This document shows, in pieces, positions 16,502-22,910 of a stretch of DNA of 22,910 nt (positions are counted from its first letter, which is position 1; each line of letters begins with the position of its first letter). This DNA is from Candidatus Heimdallarchaeota archaeon (GTDB lineage: Archaea; Asgardarchaeota; Heimdallarchaeia; Hodarchaeales; Hodarchaeaceae), in the NCBI GenBank assembly GCA_048881705.1, contig JBHLSH010000066.1, positions 1 to 22,910 of the forward strand, in the 5' to 3' direction. The notes below the pieces were generated by a model. The model ran no database searches and was not told where the DNA came from. It saw only the letters and a program-made list of their open reading frames with translations. Position numbers and translations under genes: made by a program.

Positions 16502-17641
16502 TCAAGAAACTCTGTTTTTGCGAATTTGGGAAGCAACAAGGGCGATCCCTATCAGAGTAACAATTTCAAAACCTGAAGTCGCACTTGTTGGAGCCGTGGA
16601 GTAATCTCTATTATATTGAATGATTTCGACAATGCCATTGGGAAAATTCGTAATATAAGCATAATTTTCGTCTAAATCCAGTGCTAATGTTTGTCCAACA
16701 CTAGTGTAACTTGAAGCATATTGAGGATCCGTCGGATCAGTGACATTAAATACTATTAACTTGTTGTTTTCAAAATCAGTCGTAAAAACTAAGTTGTCAT
16801 TTAAAACCAAGTCCATCAATCTACCTACATCTTGATATGAACCCAATTCTCTTAATTCCGAAGGATTACTAGTGTTGTAGACTAATAAACCTGAAGAATC
16901 AGCCGCAATATAAGCGATGTCTCCAGAAGCAGCAATTGAATTAGCCTTAATATCATATCTGGCAATTTCTGTAATGTTTAACGGATCAGTGATATCTAAT
17001 AGAATAAGTGAGAAATCAGGTTTCCCTTCAAATCCTAGACTATGACTAACATATGCGGTTTCTCCGATCATTTCAATATGGTATATAGGTCCAGTATCAG
17101 TATAATTTGAGACGAGCGAAATGTTATTATGGTCTGTAACATCAAGAACTACCAAGCCAGTTCGATAATCCGCTACAAAGGCATAATTCCCTTTTATTTT
17201 CAGGTCGTGAGCTAGTTGAAAGTCACTAAATTCCCCAATTTCAGTGACAGCGTTGGGATTTGTGATATCATAGATCTCCAATCCATCACAATGATCCGCT
17301 AGAAATAGGGTATTTCCTATAATGACAATGCCGTGGGGTTGACCCCCATCGTAGAATTGATCCAGAATCCGCGGTTCAGAAGGATCAGTGACATCAATTA
17401 AAGAAATTCCTGTGGCATCGGGGCTTACACAACTACCTGGACTCGATCCTGATCCAGAATCGCCAACGATAAGAATATTTGGGCTTTTTCGAATTGTAAA
17501 AGGGCTTTTTCCAACGTCTATTTCGCCCACTTTATTTAAAGTAATATTCTGGACCGTACCTTGTGAATTTTGTATTATTAAAACGGGAGATATCATAAGA
17601 GTAAAAAAACAACAGAATTGTAGATATCTTGATTTAATCAT
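16502..17641 (-). CDS. Secreted LVIVD-repeat beta-propeller protein 4 with C-terminal PGF-CTERM-like anchor (start placed at ATG 17641)
   Basis: GGTGA RBS upstream of ATG 17641. Signal peptide MIKSRYLQFCCFFTLMISPVLII. Repeats AFVADYRTGLVVLDVTD. Tail STAPTSATSGFE-hydrophobic-RKNR. Confidence 0.87.
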   Translation of the reverse strand: MIKSRYLQFCCFFTLMISPVLIIQNSQGTVQNITLNKVGEIDVGKSPFTIRKSPNILIVGDSGSGSSPGSCVSPDATGISLIDVTDPSEPRILDQFYDGGQPHGIVIIGNTLFLADHCDGLEIYDITNPNAVTEIGEFSDFQLAHDLKIKGNYAFVADYRTGLVVLDVTDHNNISLVSNYTDTGPIYHIEMIGETAYVSHSLGFEGKPDFSLILLDITDPLNITEIARYDIKANSIAASGDIAYIAADSSGLLVYNTSNPSELRELGSYQDVGRLMDLVLNDNLVFTTDFENNKLIVFNVTDPTDPQYASSYTSVGQTLALDLDENYAYITNFPNGIVEIIQYNRDYSTAPTSATSGFEIVTLIGIALVASQIRKNRVS

Positions 17642-17924
17642 TATGAATTCACCCCGATAAACCAGTTTATTCAAAGGAGATTGAAGAGAATTCTCATCAG
17701 ATAACCGAAGTTTCATATTAAATACTTCGAGGTTTTGGCAGGCAATCTAATTATACAGTATTTCGAAGTAAAATTCGGTTCTTTCTTTTCTAGCCCTAAA
17801 TTTACTTAGCCAAGACTTAGGTTTCGGCCTTTGAAATGAATTTGAACCAAATATCCGTGAATAATTTGATATGCCCAATTGCCTCCCTCGGACCAATATG
17901 CTTCCTCTTATTTCCGAGATGATC

Positions 17925-20900
17925 TCAAGAACACACTATACACTGAGCGATAACTTCTTCACCCTTCAATTTGACTCTTACTCGACCGCAGTCATTGCAA
18001 ACGTTTGTTTTGCATTTACGGCACTGCTGGAGGTGTTCAGGACAGTATGATTTACTACAACCTTCACAAATGGCCGAACTGTCCTTAGTATTGAATTTTC
18101 CGCATTCCTGACATTCTACTAGATGAGATGGGGCACAATCTTCGCACACTGGTTCTTCTTTGGTGTTTTTAAATTCATGATTTGAACTAAAGACCCCTTG
18201 ACAAATGATACATTGCCAGGAATGTTCTTTGCAAACGATTTCTGCGTGCCTGGTATCTAAAACCCTGCATGTGCCGCAAAGCTTTTTATTGCAAATGAGA
18301 CAATCATAATCGTGGTCTAGACAGGAGATTTTGCCGCACTCCTCACAGAATGAAATATGCTCACTACAATAGGTGTTAAGACAGGTGGTACAAATAAAAG
18401 TTGGTGGACTAATCTCTGAAGCCAGTATTGTCTGATAGTAATTCTCCGTACTAATCTCAGGCCCGCAACCATCACAATAAAGCTCTGCATTCCCATTATA
18501 AAGATTTAAGTCAATTTCAGAACGTACTACGATTGCACCGTTTTCATTTTCGGCTGCGGGAACAGTGAATGATATAGGAATTAGTAACCTTGGAATCCAA
18601 TATACGGCCTTTTCTTCAATTTTTATGTCCGCTTTGCCAGGCCTATACAAATCCATGGGCGCCCCTTTTTTCTTAAGATTCTCGATTCCTTGATGCAATT
18701 TCGCATATTCGGTTTTTTGCTCCTTAATCATTTCCTCTCGCTTGTTTTCTAATGATCTAAGCTGATTTTGCAGCTCTTTCTTCCTTTCCTCATGACGAAG
18801 GATTTTAGCATCAGCGGTCTCCAAGGACCTTAGAACAGCCTTAATTGATCTACCTTCTGCGGAACGCGCCTTTTTCTCGGCTTGGAGTACTTCAATTCTC
18901 GCAAGGGTTTCGTCAAGACGTTGGTTTTCGGTTTCTATCCTTTCTTCAATTTTACTCATGTCTTTAGAAATCTTAGAGAACGCTTTAGATTCTTTTTTCC
19001 CCGCTAATTTCTCTAATTCGATTATTTCAAACTCACGCAACTTTTTTTGGTAAATGTTCCCCGCTTCGGGAAATGGGGATTGCGTAAAATACCATACAAG
19101 ATTATCAGGCAATTTCGTTATGATTTCCTTGTCAAGAGTATGAAAAACAAAATCATCGTTTGGACTAAGGGTGAGATCCTCCGGAGGTAGCGAAGAAGCG
19201 TGAATGCCTTCAACTGTGGTTTGATCCCACTTTATTTTCGTGCTTAAATCAAATGAACGAGACATGGTTTCTGTGATCTCAACAGGAAAGACAATCGGCC
19301 CCTCTTTTACTTCACGTTTAATATTGATCAGGGTTTTGGAAAAGTATAAAGGAGCATAATACTGGGTTTGTTCGTCAAACTCTATATCAAATCCATCAAC
19401 TTCTGGATTTCCCTGTATACTTAATCTTTCGTAGACAGTGATTGGTACATTCATTTGAGATATTTTCGGTATTAGGAAGCGCTCCGTAATTTTTCCGACA
19501 CCTGGTTTCTTTCTGGTAAATTCGTGTTTGGATGGAACCTTCTCTTCTACCTCAGTTTCGATCTTTTCTTTTTTTCTTCTTTTCTTTGGCTCTGGTTTCG
19601 GGGGACGAAGCGTTAAGGCCTCTATTTCAGAATCTGTTAAGGGGCCCTTGTGTAAACTCAACAGCCATCTGGTTTTGAGCTCGTTAACTCCATATCGTGG
19701 ATTGTATGCTATGAAATTTCCTGGTTTTAATGCCCGAATTTGACTCATCAATTTACGAAAGTCTTCCTCGGATCCTCCGGCACCTTCAAAAACTGGTTTC
19801 AAAGCTCCTTGGACTTTCGCAACATCTTGGTTTGTGGCTAACCTTCCCAGTATCCAAGTTGCGATATTTGACAATCCCCGATAATCTAAATCACCAGGAT
19901 TTTGTGTAGCCAGCACACAACCAAGCCCAGCCGCTCGAGCCTGCTTAAGAATTATTAACAGGGCAGTTTTAGAAGGAGGACTTAATGAACCCGCGGGCAT
20001 GAAACCATATAGCTCATCGAAATACAAAATTGCGCGAAGGCGACTGGTTCCTCCTTTAGACCACACCCACCGCTGTACCTCACCAAGAATTTCAGCAACA
20101 AAGGTACTTTTTTCATCGGAATCCGTAATCTTTCTTAAATCGAATACAATTATCGGAGTCCGTTTCTGTTTCTTCGCGAGTGCAATGAACTTGTCAAAGT
20201 TCAGATCTACTCCTGGAACTGCTCTAACCATCAAAGCATTGATTTTGCGCGCCAAATCGGTACGTTTTACTTTAGAAATGAATTTTTCTACTGCTAACGA
20301 GCCAACTTTTTCAAAGGGTGGATCTTCAATGGCTTCTATGAGGTTTTCAAGCGTCACCGCTTTTTTCTTTTCGACTTCCCAGATATGTCTGATAATATTG
20401 CTCAAAAAGATTACGCGATTATCAGTGGAAGAGGTAGTACCGATACCACATCGAGAAAGGAGCAATTGAATTTTAAGATCTAAAGAGCTAAGTAGTGCAT
20501 CAGGAGATTCAGTCATCAGCTCTTCATAATTGGTAGGCATTTCAAAACTGGGAGTAAGAGATATTTGCACCCCCGCGGCATTCTTTGGGGTGATAAGAAC
20601 AACGGCTACCTTGTTAGAAAACTCTTTTTCGACACTAAGATATTCTGGGCCAAAAGAGTCTTCTAGTTTGTTTTGATATAACTGAATCCATTCTTCTGCT
20701 ATCTCTTCTGGATCCCCCTTACCACGATCTTCAGCTTCAACTTGAGCGTGAATAATCAGAGTATCTTTATCAAATTCACCCAAACCAATTCCTAACGCAC
20801 CAATGTCCCCCTTAGGATCAATCGCAATTACGGGTATATCAGCACGAATAGCTTCCTCAACAATCGACTTACAAACAACAGTTTTACCACTTCCCGAAGC

Positions 20901-20993
20901 GCCCAGAATGGCGGCATGAGTCAAGAAGGTAGTACTCGGAAGTCTAAACTGTTCGTTTCCTATTCTGCCGAGAAAAAAGTCTGGAGCGGCCAT
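17925..20993 (-). CDS. HerA/FtsK-superfamily (DUF87/DUF853-like) P-loop ATPase with coiled coil and C-terminal multi-zinc-finger region
   Basis: HAAILGASGSGKT (Walker A, aa31-38), IAIDPKGD, LYFDELYGF (Walker B), QARAAG (Arg finger), VLATQNPGDLD. Heptad-rich K/E segment. 12 CxxC plus 4 CxxH from aa840 to the end. Confidence 0.85.
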   Translation of the reverse strand: MAAPDFFLGRIGNEQFRLPSTTFLTHAAILGASGSGKTVVCKSIVEEAIRADIPVIAIDPKGDIGALGIGLGEFDKDTLIIHAQVEAEDRGKGDPEEIAEEWIQLYQNKLEDSFGPEYLSVEKEFSNKVAVVLITPKNAAGVQISLTPSFEMPTNYEELMTESPDALLSSLDLKIQLLLSRCGIGTTSSTDNRVIFLSNIIRHIWEVEKKKAVTLENLIEAIEDPPFEKVGSLAVEKFISKVKRTDLARKINALMVRAVPGVDLNFDKFIALAKKQKRTPIIVFDLRKITDSDEKSTFVAEILGEVQRWVWSKGGTSRLRAILYFDELYGFMPAGSLSPPSKTALLIILKQARAAGLGCVLATQNPGDLDYRGLSNIATWILGRLATNQDVAKVQGALKPVFEGAGGSEEDFRKLMSQIRALKPGNFIAYNPRYGVNELKTRWLLSLHKGPLTDSEIEALTLRPPKPEPKKRRKKEKIETEVEEKVPSKHEFTRKKPGVGKITERFLIPKISQMNVPITVYERLSIQGNPEVDGFDIEFDEQTQYYAPLYFSKTLINIKREVKEGPIVFPVEITETMSRSFDLSTKIKWDQTTVEGIHASSLPPEDLTLSPNDDFVFHTLDKEIITKLPDNLVWYFTQSPFPEAGNIYQKKLREFEIIELEKLAGKKESKAFSKISKDMSKIEERIETENQRLDETLARIEVLQAEKKARSAEGRSIKAVLRSLETADAKILRHEERKKELQNQLRSLENKREEMIKEQKTEYAKLHQGIENLKKKGAPMDLYRPGKADIKIEEKAVYWIPRLLIPISFTVPAAENENGAIVVRSEIDLNLYNGNAELYCDGCGPEISTENYYQTILASEISPPTFICTTCLNTYCSEHISFCEECGKISCLDHDYDCLICNKKLCGTCRVLDTRHAEIVCKEHSWQCIICQGVFSSNHEFKNTKEEPVCEDCAPSHLVECQECGKFNTKDSSAICEGCSKSYCPEHLQQCRKCKTNVCNDCGRVRVKLKGEEVIAQCIVCS

Positions 20994-21208
20994 ATCGACA
21001 TCCTTTCCGTGTGTAATAACGGTTTATTGAGAAAACTTACGGTTTCTAACTCTTAAAACATTTCCGTGAGCCTTTTAAAACTGCTCTTTCTCAAAAAAAT
21101 ATAAAGAATCCAAACAGATATAGCAATAAAAGGACTACAGAAAAGGTGAAAGTCTAAAATATAAGTATACTTGACAGCGGTAAGTGTATAAACTTAATTG
21201 GTGGGTTT

Positions 21209-21787
21209 ATGGTTAACATAGGTATTCTGGGTGACATGAACTGCGGGAAAACGAGCGTTTTTGTGAATTTCATGAATGAGCTAACTTCCGCTGATGAACG
21301 GATCTTGGCAGGTGCGCCGGGCGGTCCGGAAATGTATACCACTCAAACCGTAGATTTCATCCGTTTTTCATGGAAAGGATTTATACACGTACTATACGGA
21401 ACTGGAGGCCATAAAACCCCCATAACAGATTATTACAGATTGTACGTGCTTCGTAATGCTAATCGCTTTGTCTGTATGTTCGATCTATCAGAACCACTAG
21501 AGAATCAAATTAGGTTTTATGATGACATAGAAATTCCCTCAAAACAGATCAGTATCTATCTCAACAAGTATGATCTTGCTCAGGATAAAGCGGACAATTA
21601 TAGGGCCGAGGTGCAAGATTATTTTCTTTCCAAGAAAAAGAAACTTGTTAAGGACATACTGGTAACGGTAGCGGTTAAAAAGCCCGAGTTTGAAGAGGAA
21701 AGGAAAAATTGCCAGCGGGGGATTCTCAATCTTTGTGAATTTGATGCAGAGAGTTCTGCGTTCGATGTTTGGGAAGGGCAAGGATAG
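21209..21787 (+). CDS. Small GTPase of the MglA/CvnD-like type
   Basis: G1 ILGDMNCGKTS, switch-I TTQTVDF (cf. TLFFDF / TVAMDF), G3 LYGTGGH (cf. LYTVPGQ / LFGTPGQ), G4 NKYD, G5 TVAV (cf. AVA). Confidence 0.8.
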   Translation: MVNIGILGDMNCGKTSVFVNFMNELTSADERILAGAPGGPEMYTTQTVDFIRFSWKGFIHVLYGTGGHKTPITDYYRLYVLRNANRFVCMFDLSEPLENQIRFYDDIEIPSKQISIYLNKYDLAQDKADNYRAEVQDYFLSKKKKLVKDILVTVAVKKPEFEEERKNCQRGILNLCEFDAESSAFDVWEGQG

Positions 21788-21794
21788 CTCAAGA

Positions 21795-21801
21795 GGAGGT
21801 G
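21795..21801 (+). promoter_or_regulatory. Strong Shine-Dalgarno site GGAGGTG
   Basis: GGAGGTG ends 7 nt before ATG 21809. Confidence 0.75.
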
Positions 21802-21808
21802 GAGATAC

Positions 21809-22720
21809 ATGTCAGAAGAAGATCCATTTGAGCGATTAGTTGGTACTCTCCAAGTTATTGAACATTATGATCGAGCCTTATGTCTGATTGCGATCTATCT
21901 GGGTCAACGTGCAGACCAGAATACAATTAAGGGAATCACGGAAATTTATACAGCGCTTCTAGGCCGTCCACAGGGAATTACGACCGCCAGAGTCAGGGGA
22001 TACATCACTTCGATGGTTAATGTGGATATTCTAGAAAGAGAACGGGAGCAGATAATCAGCTCCACCAAAGTTTCATTTCACACGATAAGCCCTCTTGGTG
22101 AATTAGCACTTTTGTACATATTAGTCACTTTCGTTACCCCTGACCCGCTACAAATAGAATGGGATCTAGAAAGATTCAAAGAAAAATTATCAATGCCAGA
22201 CAATATAACCAATGAAGAATCGGTCATTCGATTCTTGGTCGATACAATGATATCAAACGAAAAGATCCTTGATAAGGTGTTATCAGATCTGTTAACTGGA
22301 AAGGATCCTGAGAAAATTCGAACAAAGCAATTGATTTTTGAAACCCCAAAGACTTTTAGTGGAAAGAGCCTAGCTTTTAAAATTTTTGAGGATTTAATTT
22401 GGGATTATTTAAGTTTGGGGACTGGATTCTCGAAGAAAGCGTTGGCTGCACGTTTTAAGGGAACGTCTGTAGGAGGTTCTCTCAATAAATTAAGCCCCTA
22501 TATTATTGAAGAAACCTACGGAAAATTACGTTATTATAGGATATCGTTGTTAGGGATTTATATCCTACCTATTCTTGCATTCATTATTCGTCGTTTATCT
22601 ATTGAGAGGTCAGTTTTACCATCGATTTTATCTTCTCGGATAGACATAGAGAAAAATCCTTGGCTCAGTCTCGTTGAGCAAGCAAAAAAATTCTTCAAGA
22701 CTCTCTATACTCTTCCATGA
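21809..22720 (+). CDS. Hypothetical protein with two putative winged-helix domains
   Basis: Segment 1: ITTARVRGYITSMVNVDILERE...FHTISPLG. Segment 2: FSKKALAARF...VGGSLNKLSPYIIEETYGKLRYYRISLLG. Both show the recognition helix-wing-(Y/F)x(I/L)(S/T)xxG pattern. Confidence 0.55.
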   Translation: MSEEDPFERLVGTLQVIEHYDRALCLIAIYLGQRADQNTIKGITEIYTALLGRPQGITTARVRGYITSMVNVDILEREREQIISSTKVSFHTISPLGELALLYILVTFVTPDPLQIEWDLERFKEKLSMPDNITNEESVIRFLVDTMISNEKILDKVLSDLLTGKDPEKIRTKQLIFETPKTFSGKSLAFKIFEDLIWDYLSLGTGFSKKALAARFKGTSVGGSLNKLSPYIIEETYGKLRYYRISLLGIYILPILAFIIRRLSIERSVLPSILSSRIDIEKNPWLSLVEQAKKFFKTLYTLP

Positions 22721-22910
22721 GAGTGATATTTGTGTTAGTTGTTTTGGATGAAGACGGCAAGAAAAATTTTCTCCCTTTGGTAGATTTTCACACTCATATA
22801 GGGAAAGTGAGAATTCAGACAACATCTGGAACCTCTCAAAGGGTTAACAATCCCAAGGACATTCTTGCCCTCTACTCCAAACTCCAGTTTGAGATTCACA
22901 AAAGAATAGA
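22717..22910 (+). CDS. Partial gene running off the right edge; probable amidohydrolase-superfamily metallohydrolase
   Basis: ATGA start/stop overlap with the upstream gene. Manual translation MRVIFVLVVLDEDGKKNFLPLVDFHTHIGKVRIQ...KRI is open to the edge and contains a DxHxH motif. Confidence 0.6.
   Translation, partial: MRVIFVLVVLDEDGKKNFLPLVDFHTHIGKVRIQTTSGTSQRVNNPKDILALYSKLQFEIHKRI

Noticed and set aside
13210-20469. Shadow ORFs over the LVIVD and ATPase genes (e.g. 19999..20469, 17388..17660, 15364..15636)
   Set aside because: Fully nested opposite strong CDSs with no recognisable features.
17925-20993. Calling the ATPase a canonical HerA, VirB4 or anti-phage defence ATPase
   Set aside because: No NurA/Mre11/Rad50, T4SS, Sir2 or nuclease partner in the window, and the C-terminal architecture differs, so no gene symbol was assigned.
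21163-21172. Palindrome AAGTATACTT in the ATPase/GTPase divergent spacer
   Set aside because: A 10-bp AT-rich palindrome in a TATA-like region is readily explained by chance or the promoter itself.
21785-21811. GTPase TAG stop is in frame with the downstream wHTH gene (7 intervening sense codons), suggesting a readthrough fusion
   Set aside because: A strong GGAGGTG SD precedes ATG 21809, the GTPase domain is complete, and same-frame adjacency has a one-in-three chance.
1-22910. Mobile elements, tRNA/rRNA, CRISPR arrays
   Set aside because: No transposase/integrase motifs, terminal repeats, cloverleaf-like segments or periodic repeats were seen by eye; tRNAscan-SE or Infernal would be needed to exclude small ncRNAs in the 180-250-nt gaps.

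Overview
Gene-dense archaeal chromosomal window, most consistent with an Asgard (Heimdallarchaeia-like) genome. This is inferred from archaeal-type AMP phosphorylase, an F420-type luciferase-like oxidoreductase, GGAGGTG/GGTGA ribosome-binding sites, PGF-CTERM-like surface proteins and a small GTPase; no database search was possible. Left to right: a possible minus-strand ORF running off the left edge with an in-frame TAG; a TIM-barrel metalloenzyme; a TroABCD/MntABCD Mn/Zn ABC importer whose first permease has a DtxR-like winged-helix tail; a strongly diverged RtcB-like RNA ligase; an N-terminally truncated AMP phosphorylase; a small Toprim protein; threonine dehydrogenase; an LLM/F420 oxidoreductase; an ArsR-type regulator with a degenerate CPBP/Abi membrane protein; a small wHTH regulator with an operator-like inverted repeat; four secreted, C-terminally anchored LVIVD beta-propeller paralogues; and a divergent locus. 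That locus pairs a 1022-aa HerA/FtsK-class ATPase (coiled coil plus 28-Cys zinc-finger tail) with an operon of an atypical MglA/CvnD-like GTPase, a tandem-wHTH protein and a truncated amidohydrolase-like ORF missing from the ORF track. It and the RtcB-like protein are the best candidates for undescribed biology. I saw no rRNA, tRNA, CRISPR array, transposase or integrase.
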